A model generated the notes under the pieces. That model made no database searches and was not told where the DNA came from. It saw only the letters and a program-made list of their open reading frames with translations. Of a DNA stretch of 64,000 nucleotides, positions 22,901 through 33,184 are shown one piece after another. Every line of letters begins with the position of its first letter. Position 1 is the stretch's first letter. The DNA comes from Chiloscyllium plagiosum. Taxonomy: Eukaryota. The stretch covers positions 1,353,306 through 1,417,305 of the forward strand of contig NC_057755.1 of NCBI RefSeq assembly GCF_004010195.1, read 5' to 3'. The position numbers and the translations under genes are program-made.

Positions 22901-25417
22901 TCCTGACAATGCTCGTTCTTGATGACATAAGTAGCCCACTGATTGTTTCCTGAATCCATCAAGTTCATCAAGGTCCTGCACAGATAGGAATATCACTGAA
23001 GCTCTGTAACAGTATTCTGGATGTAAATCCACCACATGAACTACAGAAACTGCAGGGAGATTGATTATGCATTCCACATTCTCCAGAACAATGAAGGATG
23101 GGAAAAAAATGAATTCCTCTCTCCCGCACCCACCAGTCCAACCACCCAACCCCACCCCACCCCCAACACAGACATACTGATACACACACACACACAAGCA
23201 AAGAGTTCTGAAAGACAAATCTCTGAGGTGTGGAAGGAAAAAGATAATCTGAACAGAATTCATAAGGCAAGATCTTGTTCGACTCGTAGGGTTGAATGTT
23301 TGAGAAGTTTAAAGGGAGAGTTGATAAGGCAATGCATTTGATGTGGATGTTCTAAAATATATTGATAAGATTTCACTAGCTTCGAAAATAAAACCTTACA
23401 AGTCAAAAGAACAGAGCAAATCGGATTGGAAGTTCTCTCAAGTCTACACAGCCACCTGCTTACTTGACATACTTCCCCATGTCAACAGCACTAGCTCAAT
23501 CCTCCACACACTCAGTGACCCATTCATTGATATCAGAACTGAACCTATTAAAGGTATTTCCATGAAGAAGCATAACTGGTCTTCCCTGTGATTTACTCTA
23601 CTCCTTCGGAGGTTTCCAATGGATGCTATACTCCATACTTGTGGCGAGGTGGAGCTCATAAACATGGTGTGAAGTGGGGCTTTTGGGAAATCAAAGTGAA
23701 TTGAACATAATGACAGTTGACTCCATTGTAATTGATTAAATTTGAATATGGCTTGATGTAGGAAGCAGAGAGAGGTTGTTTGCTCTTGTTTTGGAATGGT
23801 TGCTGAGCATGTGGGGATGTGAAACTGTAAGATTGGCATTAAGTCATTTATGACCAAGCTGAGGAAATATTTCTTCATTGAACAGCTTTGGATTTGCCTC
23901 TGTCAGATTGTTGCGACGCTATTTAATTTTATCCATTATCGACAAATTAGTGTCTGTCAGGAAATTCTTATCTATGCCAAGTTGTCAGAGAACCTTAGTC
24001 AGGATCTTGACGGAACTGGTTTAAGGAGCAATATGATGTGCTCCTACTCATATCAGTTATGTGCTTTGCATTTGTTTCTTTTTCTGGAAAGAGGCACAAA
24101 TTCACAGGAAATGTTAACCAGCTTCACCGAATTGGTTTCTGTCACTAAGATCTTTGCTAACACCAGTAAATAATTGAATGAGACCTATTTCTGGAGAAGG
24201 ATAAGCTGCTGGAACCCCATGAAATCCCAAGTGCTTCCAATTAGTAAGGCACACAGACCAAGGGATACAAGATCATAAAGACCACAATATGTAGGAGTAG
24301 AATTAGGCCTTTCGGCCCATTGAGTAAGCTCTGCCATTCGATCATGACTGATACGTTTCTCAATTTAATTCTCCTGCCTTCTCCCCGTAACCTTACTAAG
24401 CATGAACCTATCTATCTTTGCCTGAAATCCAATCAATGACTTGGCCTCATCAGCATTCTGCGGCGATAATTTCTATGGATTCACCTCCCTCCAGCCCTAG
24501 ATGTTCCTCAGAAACATTCGTCAGCCACATGCGACCGAAATTCAGAAACCTTTTCCTACCGAGAAGGTTGAATTACATCCTCAAGCAACCTCTTATATTC
24601 AAGAGACAGCTCGGATGTACGAAGGGAATGTGAAAGAAATGTAAAACCTGAAAAATGTGGAGTTGATCCACACATCATTCCGACAACAGGAAATGGGAGG
24701 TCACAATGAAGAGAATCCCTACAGCGTGGAAACTGACGATTTGGCCCAACAAGTTCACACCAACATTCCGAAGAGCATGCCCCCACCGCCCCCCCCCCCA
24801 AACCGAGCCCCCAACTACCTTAACTCTGTCGCCCTGCATTTCCCAATGGCTAATCTATCTAGCCTACACATCCCTGGACACTATAGCCAGTTTAGCACGG
24901 CCAATCCACCCAGCCTGTACATCTTTGGATTATGGGACGAAACCGGAGCACCTGGGGAAAACCCACACAGACACGGAGAGAAGGTGCAAGCTCCACACAG
25001 ACACTTGTCTGAGGCTGGAATTGAACCAAGGTTCATGGTATCGTGAGGCAGCAGTGCTAACCAGTGAGCCCACAATACTCTGCGGTATTAACTTAGCACA
25101 GAGCAATCTACAGTTGCAAAGCAATCGCTTGGCTCGAAAAACACCAGTTGAGTTTTTGAGGAAGGAAACTTGAAATTTACCTCTTTCCCTATGAGCCTTT
25201 CCACCAAATCCATTCGGGGAATGGTTCCCAGAATATCCACAACCACGTTTAAAGCTTTCTTCTTGTCGTGGTAGAATTTCTTCAGCAGCTCCGCCACCTT
25301 CCAAGCATTAGCATTTTCTAGTTTGCCAGCTGGTATGCGATGATCGCCCAATAAGTACCTGAAGTGTTTCATCTCCTCGTCTGTCAAATCCTCTAGAATT
25401 TGCTGAATTTTCTCCAT
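3603..25417 (-). CDS. Spliced gene model: PYD-linker-MS4A/CD20-like four-TM protein, 275 aa; join of 25417-25181, 22975-22828, 20980-20928, 18383-18270, 15465-15409, 13142-13041, 3719-3603
   Basis: All introns are GT..AG with pyrimidine tracts, phases match at every junction (0,1,0,0,0,0), and the 828 nt have no internal stop. Translation: MEKIQQILEDLTDEEMKHFRYLLGDHRIPAGKLENANAWKVAELLKKFYHDKKKALNVVVDILGTIPRMDLVERLIGKE/DLDELDGFRKQSVGYLCHQERALSGASPDHDQDSELKQPINKRNVKANVR/KNKVKDYGRDGKLRYPS/ISQMYLGFTISVLGAASAILTPHSRFAQARIPWWSGVL/FCVIGMIPLLPLRISEKFK/LRIVLVSNIIGLLITLASIGLSIWNGIEQTSDIK/TCMSSYHWIIIFFAAFQLSLSGWNIGLTSFWLDKEFNN*. Confidence 0.75.
3870..4350 (-). mobile_element. Degenerate Penelope-like 3' fragment
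   Basis: Similar to 4600-5400; decayed hammerhead core cctgaagaagggttatgcccaaaatgtc on the minus strand. Confidence 0.65.
4592..6241 (-). mobile_element. Penelope-like element (RT C-terminus + GIY-YIG), internal 379-bp tandem duplication and inverted 3' terminus
   Basis: ORF remnants DRTPLVLTYHP, CNRKKCKTC, IYCICCTRCGLLYIGETG; TSD tcaggtaaaggta at 4579-4591 and 6242-6254. Confidence 0.9.
6116..6143 (+). ncRNA. Minimal type I hammerhead ribozyme motif
   Basis: CTGAAGA-A-GGGC(TTAT)GCCC-GAAAC-GTC at a Penelope terminus. Confidence 0.7.
7079..7299. mobile_element. Penelope-derived palindromic mini-element with hammerhead motifs on both strands
   Basis: Perfect 93-bp arms 7077-7169/7172-7264; TSD catagaagaatagaa at 7064-7078 and 7300-7314; plus-strand core at 7173-7200. 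Confidence 0.85.
7315..7690 (-). mobile_element. tRNA-derived SINE (shark HE1-like) with internal duplication
   Basis: tRNA-like head with A/B boxes near 7690-7630 on the minus strand; CR1-like tail. Confidence 0.75.
8051..8505 (+). mobile_element. tRNA-derived SINE with three ~52-bp internal repeats
   Basis: A-box tggcagatcagtgg, B-box ggtttaattcc; gatgtgcaggttagggtggattggctgtgctaaattg unit repeated 8211-8370. Confidence 0.8.
8590..9310 (+). mobile_element. Rex/Babar- or L2-like LINE 3' fragment
   Basis: Remnants KKAQQRRFFLRWLRKFSMS, LTNFYRCTIESI, SRLRNSFF. Confidence 0.7.
9756..10386 (+). mobile_element. Solo LTR
   Basis: TG...CA termini, 4-bp TSD ctct (9752-9755 / 10387-10390), internal AATAAA; reverse-complement homologue of 13483-14170. 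Confidence 0.8.
10540..10995 (-). mobile_element. CR1 LINE 3' fragment
   Basis: RSDLTKVYKIMR and TFKRDF remnants. Confidence 0.75.
11130..12240 (+). mobile_element. CR1 LINE 3' fragment
   Basis: [28 protein letters not shown]...[11 protein letters not shown]; ttctat tail. Confidence 0.9.
13041..13142 (-). CDS. Coding exon 6: MS4A TM3 (LRIVLVSNIIGLLITLASIGLSIWNGIEQTSDIK), 102 nt
   Basis: Acceptor cctctcctttccag, donor AAG|gtgaga; hydrophobic helix with the conserved MS4A TM3 Asn at exon position 8. Confidence 0.85.
13483..14170 (-). mobile_element. Solo LTR containing (GATA)n, inserted into a hammerhead-bearing Penelope terminus
   Basis: TG...CA termini, TSD gtta/gcta; the flanks rejoin as cctgatgaaggagcagcgctctaaaagctagtgcttccaaatac. 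Confidence 0.8.
13830..13918 (+). repeat. (GATA)n microsatellite
   Basis: Directly visible, about 21 units. Confidence 0.98.
14230..15290 (-). mobile_element. Two stacked CR1 fragments
   Basis: DDLVEVYKIM, LVRPLLEYC, FTQRVVCVWNKLPEEVVEAG remnants. Confidence 0.8.
15409..15465 (-). CDS. Coding exon 5: 57-nt MS4A TM2/intracellular loop exon (FCVIGMIPLLPLRISEKFK)
   Basis: Strong acceptor ttttctcttttctgttgcag, donor AAG|gtattg. 19 codons, phase 0/0, same length and position as the CD20 YIISGSLLAATEKNSRKCL segment (recalled, not aligned computationally). Confidence 0.82.
15770..17450. mobile_element. Cluster of short CR1 3' fragments on both strands
   Basis: GHRFR..RG, FFTQR and tail motifs at ~15770-16110 (+), ~16480-16870 (+) and ~16885-17450 (-). 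Confidence 0.7.
18270..18383 (-). CDS. Coding exon 4: MS4A TM1 and start of TM2 (ISQMYLG...IPWWSGVL), 114 nt
   Basis: Acceptor ttggtacttgtctacag, donor CTG|gtaaga. Qxx(L/I)G in TM1 and PxWxG at the exon end are MS4A/CD20-family motifs. Confidence 0.85.
18933..19542 (+). mobile_element. Degenerate solo LTR (related to 2646-3244)
   Basis: Shared blocks aaggcagagg, tttgaatttgcc, aataaa, ggtctggtcca; ends approximate. Confidence 0.5.
20050..20860 (+). mobile_element. Rearranged CR1 fragments
   Basis: [29 protein letters not shown] remnants. Confidence 0.75.
20928..20980 (-). CDS. Coding exon 3: basic juxtamembrane segment (R)KNKVKDYGRDGKLRYPS, 53 nt, phase 1->0
   Basis: Acceptor ttgatctctctcag, donor TCA|gtgagt; restores phase 0 for the TM1 exon. 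Confidence 0.7.
21683..22195 (-). mobile_element. CR1 3' fragment
   Basis: agagtcatagac tail and 3' RT remnants. Confidence 0.75.
22200..22470 (+). repeat. Purine (GA)-rich low-complexity tract
   Basis: Directly visible. Confidence 0.85.
22828..22975 (-). CDS. Coding exon 2: charged linker (DLDELDG...KANV), 148 nt, phase 0->1
   Basis: Acceptor ttcctatctgtgcag, donor C|gtgagt; open in the phase left by the PYD exon. Confidence 0.65.
24705..25075 (-). mobile_element. tRNA-derived SINE
   Basis: Same family as 8051-8505, reverse strand. Confidence 0.8.
25181..25417 (-). CDS. Coding exon 1: pyrin (PYD) death-fold domain, 79 aa
   Basis: Acceptor tatttctttcag, then GAAGTAATGG (good Kozak context); donor GAG|gtaaat, phase 0. 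The pattern LEDLTDEEMKHFRYLL...RIPAGKLENA...VAELL...Y...ALNVVVDIL..I.RMDL matches the PYD consensus. Confidence 0.88.
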
Positions 25418-25711
25418 TACTTCCTGAAAGAAATAGGGTGACACGCTGTACTTGTCATACAATATCATGTTGTATAACTTTCAAAGGGGATGAATAGTGA
25501 GACCGAGAGTTGGCAAAATGACTTCAAAGCTTGATTCAATGTGACTGTGTCTAATTTCCCATCGCCCCGTGCACATATCTCACTAACCTCATTGCCCACG
25601 AATTACAAAACGTTATCAATTTCAGTTTTGAACACTCCAAAGATGACACTAAAGAACATAAGAGCAAGTAGATGGAGTAGACAAGCAGGAAGCTGGAAGG
25701 CCACAACAGGT

Positions 25712-25890
25712 GTTTCAGTGACTCAGTGGTTAGCACTGCTGCCTCATAGCACAATGGTCCCAAGTTTGATTCCGGCCTCGGGTGACTGTCTCGGGTGAAT
25801 GTGGCATTTGCACATTCTCCCTGTGTCTGTGTGGGTTTCCTCCAGGTGCTCCGGTTTCCTCCCACAGTCCAAAGATGTGCACGTCATGTG
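25712..25890 (+). mobile_element. tRNA-derived SINE, 5' part
   Basis: gtgactcagtggttagcactgctgcctcatagc...tttgattcc. Confidence 0.75.
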
Positions 25891-28059
25891 AATAAAGGGG
25901 GTGGGGAGGGCAGGGTTGTGAGGTGGGGTTAGTTATACGGTATGACCTGATTGGTTGATGGGAGGAATGAATCCTGTTGGTGGCTGGAAGGAAGGGTCGA
26001 TGAGAGGAAAGGGCGGGAGGGGCTGAACAGGACTAGGCCATTCGAACATGCTTCACCATCAATGCGACCATGGCTGATCCCATTTTGGCTTCACCTCCAC
26101 TTTCCTGCCTGCTCGCCTTAACCATTCAACCTGCTACTGATTCAAAATCTGTCTATCGCCTCCTTAAAATTAATCAACGCCCCTGCATCCATCGAACTCT
26201 GGGCTAGTAATTCCACCGATTCATGAACCAAGTAAATTCTCTGTTGCAAATCTGCTACCCCTTATCCAAAAACTATGACCTCTCCTAGAATGACCTACAT
26301 GAGGAAACGTCCTTTCCATGTCTACTTTGGCAATCCCCTTTATAGACTTCAAATATATCTCCTCTCAATCTTTCAAACTCGAGAGAATATTGACTTAAAC
26401 TGCTCAATGTCACTTTTTAAGACAAACTCCTCACTAAATTTCATTACAAGCCTATTACAAGGCAAAGTAGACCAGTCCTTCAGTTTGAAGATCTATCATT
26501 GAAAAATCAGTCTCTGGCTCAGACTGGTTTATGTCCTGGCTAGTTCAATCTTCTCTCTTGAGACTGAGCTCTGACAGACCTTTGACACTGCCGCAAGCAT
26601 CAAATTACTGCCTTTTTTTATTAAACTCAGAACATAGAGTAGCTCCTGATTCTCTCTATGCCCCGGTATGTTACAGCTGCACTAAGCAAATTCTGTTTGA
26701 GGGCTTCCTTCACTCTCTCCCCTTCTGCTGTCAGCTGCACTCAACTTCTGATGTCTCTCACAGACGTGTGCTGCCTGAAATCACTAAAAGGTGACTTGTA
26801 TGGCCTGAAACCTGTTCTTTCACTTATGGCCAATTCCAAGCTCCAACCAATCTCGCCTGCAAAAACTCCAATCAAATCAAACTAAAAATTATTTTTTAGC
26901 TCCATCCATCTGCATGACAAGCTAGCCTTTTCCAGATGACTTAGCACTTAAGAAAGACTGTTGAATGCTTAACTTTCTTTCTTTATTTTTCTGCGTTGTC
27001 CCTGAGCTTTTGTGCCTAGGTCCTTTTATGTCTAAGAGGGTGCTGGGAATGGAGAAATTGTATTCTTTTTGCTGTACTCACGTGCTTCTGTATACGTGAA
27101 GCAAATTCTGATTCATGAAATCGCTACAGTGAGGAAACAGGCCATTTGGCCCATCATGTCCGCACTGATCCCTCAGAGCATCCAACCACTCTACCCCATC
27201 CCTGAATTTCCCAAGGCTAATCCACCCAGCTGTCAGATGAATGATGAAGCAGACTCGATGGGCCAAATGGCCTACTCCTGTTCCTGTTTCCTATGGTCTT
27301 CTAGTCGTACACCACTTCCTAAGCAACTTAAGTTGCATTCATCTGGAATGGGCAATTTGTTAACTGACAGTGCTCTGAAGTGCTCAGTTATTTCTCGCTG
27401 TCAATTGTAAGTTCTGAGCAATATATCTGTCCTTGTTCTCCTCTCTGCTGTTCTACCACGGGCTTCACCCTTTTTAGCTGTGAGGTCAACTGTTTTGCCT
27501 GTATTCCTTACTTCAGATATAGCCATCAGAAATCCCCTTTTTTCACCCCTAGCTATCAACATCAAACACTTAATAATTGATTCATTTTTACTTTTGCAAA
27601 GAAAAATACTTGCATTCCTGCAAAGAATGATCGCTGCTCGATCTGTCACATTACTCTTCCTGTGTGGTTTCTCAATGCCTTGTTCCACAGACTGCATTGT
27701 GCATGATTTCAACTGAAAACTCTACGTGGAAATAGAACATAGAATGGTACAACTAAGTATAGACCCTTCGGTCATCAGTGTTGTGCCGGCCATTTATCCT
27801 AATGTAAGATCAAACTAACCTACAAAGCCTTCAATTTACTGTCATCCATGTGCCTGTCCAGGAGTCGCTTAAACGTCCTTAATGTGTTTGATTGCACTAA
27901 TACCACTGGCAGTGCATTCCATGCACCCACCAGTCTCTGAATAAAGAATCAACCACTGACATCTCCGCTGAACCTTCCTCAAATCACCTTTAAATTATAT
28001 CCCCTTGTGATAGCCATTTTTGTCCTGGAGAAAAGTTTCTAACTATCCACATTATCTTT

Positions 28060-28345
28060 TGATTCCAGCCTCAAGCGATTGTCTGTGTGGGGTTTGCACA
28101 TTCTCCCCGTGACTGTATGGGTTTTCTCCTGGTGCTCCAGTTTCTTCCAAAACTCCGAGAATATGCAGGGTAAGGGTGAATTGGCTATGCTAAATTGCCC
28201 ATACTGTTGAGTGATGTGTAGGTAAGTTGCAAAATTCAGCGGTAAATGTAGAGTAATAGCATAGGTGGGATACTCTTCGGAGGGTCAGAGTGGACTTGTT
28301 GAGCCAAATGGCCGGTTTCCACACTGTAGGGATTCAATGAATTCT
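28060..28345 (+). mobile_element. 5'-truncated SINE nested in a CR1 fragment
   Basis: ttgattccagcctcaag...gtttccacactgtaggga. Confidence 0.7.
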
Positions 28346-29132
28346 ATTTTATGAATTCTATTAATCTATGCCCCTCATCATCTTGTAATCTCTATCAAGT
28401 CACCTCTCACTCTTCTCCATCTCGATGGGTATATGAATAGGAAGAGTATGGACCAAGTGCTGGCAAATGGGACTAGATGGGGTTGGGATAACTGGTCGGC
28501 ATGGAGGAGTTGGACCGAAGGGTCTGTTTCCATGCTGTATATCTCCATGACTCTGCGACCGTAGGGTCTGTTTCTGTCATTTACGTCTCTATGACTCTGT
28601 GAATCTCTGACCGAAGGGTCTGTTTCTGTGCTATACATCTCTATGACTCAAAAAGGAAAGTTCACCACATTGGTTTCTCTGAAATTAATGTTTTTTTGAC
28701 TACAAAACATCCGGACATTGGTAACAGTTTCTCCTTATTCACTCTATTCAAATAGCTCAAACTTTTGAACAATGCAATTTTAAAAAAAGTTTAATTAATT
28801 ATTTGCATTCTCAAGAAACACGTCTATTCTTTTAAAAAATCACGTATTTACTGAAGTGAACAATTTTCCTGATTGTTGCCGAACTAGTGCACCTTCTCAA
28901 AAATGTTTGATTGTTCCTGAAGCTTTGTTACTTCTCTCAGATTTAGAATTATAGTAGTCTGTTCCAGAATCCTTAGCTTTACTTAGCAATACGCTGAATT
29001 AAAGTCTTTTCTAACTGTGATGATACGAAGGGAAGTTCTTACCTCATTCATAAAACAAAAGCTGTTCAGTTGTCACGCAGTATAAAACAAAATTTAAAAT
29101 GTGTCCTCTACGATGAAAAATCGATCCCAAAT

Positions 29133-29150
29133 GAAAATGAAACAAGAAAC
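29133..29150. promoter_or_regulatory. ISRE/IRF-like element GAAAATGAAACAAGAAAC, candidate promoter of the PYD-MS4A gene
   Basis: Matches GAAANNGAAAC; lies ~90 bp upstream (minus strand) of a strong donor GAG|gtaaga at 29043/29042. Confidence 0.35.
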
Positions 29151-31479
29151 AGTGGATACTGAAGAGCTGAAGCAAAGGGAGAAATCGCTGGAGAAACTCT
29201 CTTGTGTAGAGAGAGCAGAGTGAACCTTTCGTGTTCAGCGACCCTTGTTTAGAACAACCTACCTTGCTGAGTGACAGTCATTTCGAAATAGTAGTTGCAG
29301 ACCTTCGAGAACGTGGGCTGTTTGAACAAGAGAGACACAACAGAGAGTCTGCTAACAAAAAGGGATACAGCAGAGAATCACAGACAATTCAAAAAATTGC
29401 CCCGAAGAAAATTAATTGGCACTTCGGAAAATACCAGCTGATTCATTTGGCCAATGTATTTGGTAGGATGGTGTTGATGTGGTGATGAAATTAATGTGTA
29501 TAGGGACTTTGAACAGTGCATCATAGAATAAGTTTGCAAGCAGGATACATGGCACCATATGGTAACATTGATTGATCCCAGTTTGTCTGATGGCACATGC
29601 TGGTGAATGGTTCATTTACTCTCGAAGGATAATACAAAGCTGCACTCAAACTCCAGGGAACTGAAGCTCATCGTCTAAATGTCAGATACAAACTGGGTGC
29701 TTTGAGTGTTCAGACGCTTCTTCAAACATTTCTTCAAGGACCAGCAGATGGCTTAAGTATCAGAGCAAAGTCTTGGCATACAACCACAGCATTGAACAGG
29801 CAGAGAATTGGGAGTCTCTAATGCCCTGTTGTATGTACTTAAGAACAATACTGAGACAGTGCCAAACTTCTGAGGGAGCCTTTCAGCTCGAAATGAGCCC
29901 ACAATCCAACTTGAAAGCGGACTTAAATACGAGAATAAAATTACAACTGCGGTAAAAAAAGTTGCTGCGTTACTTCGCTGTCCCTGTAACAATTCAAGTG
30001 GTCTCATTTTAAATTTCCTCTTTGCAAATAACACTGGGGTTATAAAACCATGAGGGGCACAGGTAGGATGAATGATAGCTGTCTTTTCCCCAGGTTTGGG
30101 GATTTGAAGACTAGGGGCCACAGTTTTAAAGTGAGAGTAGAAAGATTTTAAAAACACACGAGGGCCTCTGTTTTTACACAGAGAGTGGTTGTGGATAGAG
30201 GAAGTTGTGGGTATGGATAAAATGTTTAAAAGACACTTAGATAATGACATGATTAAAAAAATGTTTGGAAGGATGTGGGCCAAGCGCAGACAGGTGGATA
30301 GGTTTAGTTTGGGATTATGGTCAACATGGACTGGTTGGACCAATGGATCTGATTCCCTCTATGACTTTATAAGTTTACAAAAGCAGTAGAGATTCTCCCA
30401 TTCCTCAACTTGTGTTTACATCTAAAGCTGCATTAGGTCCAAACTGGTGATCTGACCTGTTATCTTACCGTAGCTGGTGGTATCCTACTGTCTGAAAAAT
30501 GTTGACCCGTCATATTACTTTGAAATTATTTGATTGTGTAAGGAATGCTACATCTTGAGAAATGCGATTTCTAACGCTCTAACTATGAGCAACACCACAA
30601 ACACAAAGAGGTCAAACCTTTATATTCTCTGCACAAAATGTGGGCACAAGGTGTTTTTATTCGAAGCAACTCCTCAGTTAAAATTTAAAAAAAAAGGCAT
30701 TGCTGGAGATGGATTCCAGAAATCGATAAGCTTGGATTTATAAATACAGCCAAAAATATCACAGATGCTGTTGAGTTGAAAAAGAAAACAGAAAGTGCGG
30801 AAGGAATTCTTCAGGTCTGGCAGCCTCTATGGAGAGATGGACAACAGGAAGATTTTGAGTCTGGGATTTTACCTGTTGGGTTGCAGGATGCGGAATGCCC
30901 ATCTACTTTTCAATCAGTTGCCTCGAACTGATTTTTGCTCACTGTGTGCCAGGTAAGTGCATCACTGTGTTGCCTCTGTCCTAGTTAAATGATTGATGCA
31001 CAGGTAAATCTGTAAAGACAAATCTTCATTTTCACCATCACCTTTCCAGAACAGTTTCTTCCCTGTTGTTATGATTCTTTTGACTGGAGCTCTCATATAT
31101 TAAAGTTGATCTCTTTCCGCACATTCTCTGTAGCTGTAACACTAAATTCTGCATTCTGTTCTCTTACTCTGACATCAGGTATGATTTGTTTGGACTGCAC
31201 CAAATGAATGCTTTTCACTGTGTCTCAGTACATGTGACTATAGCCAAATAAATCAAAATCAAATCAAAGAAGTAATTTTAAAACTGGATAAAATGTTATA
31301 TTCTCACTGTCTAATGGACTGTCCTTCCACCCTAAAGTTGAACATTTGAGTAACTTCCATTGTATGCTTTTGGAATCACAGAAAGACAAAGCGCATAACA
31401 AAAAAGATCATTCACTCCATAAACTGAGTAGCTTTCTGAACTGTAACCCATTCCATAGAGTAAAGATCTGTCAACAGGA

Positions 31480-33150
31480 AGAAATGCATATTTATGTTGC
31501 AGGGCGTTGGTGAAGACACACTGGGAGTTTTCTATTCAGTTTTGGTCACCTTGCTATAGGAAGGACGTTATTAATCTGGAAACAGTGCAGAAGAAATTTA
31601 CAAGAATGTTGCCAGGACTCAAGGGAGAGATTGGATAAGCTAGGATCTTTTATTTAGAGCATATGAAAGGGGGGAAAATCTTATAGAAGTCTATGAGATT
31701 GTAAGAGGCAAGGATAGGATGAATGCACTCAAACTTTTTCCCAGGGTTGGGGAATCTAGGACGAGAGGGCATCAGTTTAATGTTAGAGGGGAAAGTATAA
31801 AAGGGAACCTGAGGGTCAACGTTTTTAGACCGAGGGTGGTACACATATGGAATGAGCTGCCAACGGAAGTGGTTAAGGCGAGTACATCAACAATGTTTAA
31901 AGGGCATTTGGGCAAATACATGGATCAGAAAGGATTAGAAGGATATGGGCCAAGTGCAGGGAAATGGGGTTAGCATGGATAGACATTTTGGTCAGCATGG
32001 ACTTGTTTGGGCTAAAGGGCCTGGTTCTGTGCTGTAGGATTTTATGAGTCTATAACTGGAGCAAGAGTAGGCAATTCAGTCCCTCAAACGTGCCCGGCTA
32101 TTTATTAGTCCTCTGCAGTGACATCAAGAGATCAGGTAGCCACTGGAAGTTCCAACACTTAATCAATTGCAATTTTCTAGTAAGCACTGTGCCCTTACTA
32201 TTTTATTAAGAATTGTACACTTACAGGCAGAATGCCTTTAATTGAAAGGCTTGACTTATCTATCCTTTTCAAAAAAAGGCAACATCATCTCTCTGGCAAT
32301 TGCATGTCTCACGTTAAACAAATATTTGAAATAGAAATACACGGGAATGTGGAACATAATGACATACCGGCGTTTCACCCAAATAGTCCATGCTCAATGT
32401 GATTTCCTTTCCCAACCTCATCTACCTAATCCTATCTGCATAACCAACAAAATTATAATCCCAATGGAGAGAAATGCCAGGGTGCTTCAGTGCAGGGAAA
32501 TCTCGATGTCCGTGTGCATGGATCACAGAAAATGAGTGTACAAGTACAGTGAGTAATAAGGAAAGCAATTGGAGTGTTAGCATTTATTACGAAAGGAATA
32601 CAATATAAAACTAGGGAAGTGTTCTCTGAGTAGACAAGGCATTAGTGAGACTGCACTTGGAGTATTGTGGATAATTTTCGTCTCTTTATTTGAGGAGGAT
32701 GTCGTTTTATTGAAGGCAGTTCAGAGGAGATTCACTCGATTGACTCCAGAGATTAGGAGTTTGTCTTATGAAGAGAGATTTCTTAGGCAGGCACTTCATG
32801 GAGTTTCGGAGAACAAGAGGAGATCTAATTGAGGTATATAAGATGCTGCAGGGGATTGACGAAGGAGATGTTTCCTCATATGGGGCAATTTAGAGCAATG
32901 GGTCAGTGTTCTAGCAGAGTTAAAAATCTGTTAGGATAAAATCACTTCTGTCAAAGGGTCTTGGATTTGAGAAATTCTCTTACCTAAAATACGGTGGATG
33001 CCAGGACACTGAATAAACTGAAGGAGAAAGTGGACAGATTTTTAATTAGTAATGGGCATGATACAGAGTGGAGCTGAAGACTATGAAATAAACCACAATG
33101 GTACAGAATGGTGGAGCAGGCTAGAGGAGCTGAATAGCCTACCCCTGATC
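31480..33150 (+). mobile_element. Two CR1 3' fragments (31480-32050, 32500-33150)
   Basis: LFPRVGESRTRGHQF, HLEYCG, VQRRFTR remnants. Confidence 0.8.
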
Positions 33151-33184
33151 CAAGCTGTGGATAAATATATCTGCCTGCGCTCAT

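Noticed and set aside
22772..23263. 163-aa ORF as a standalone gene
   Set aside because: Its N-terminal part is TG/G-rich microsatellite translation; only 22975-22828 is bounded by splice sites.
25088..25468. 126-aa ORF read as a single-exon PYD-only protein
   Set aside because: The ORF extends past clear acceptor (25424) and donor (25180) sites, and the flanking residues look intronic.
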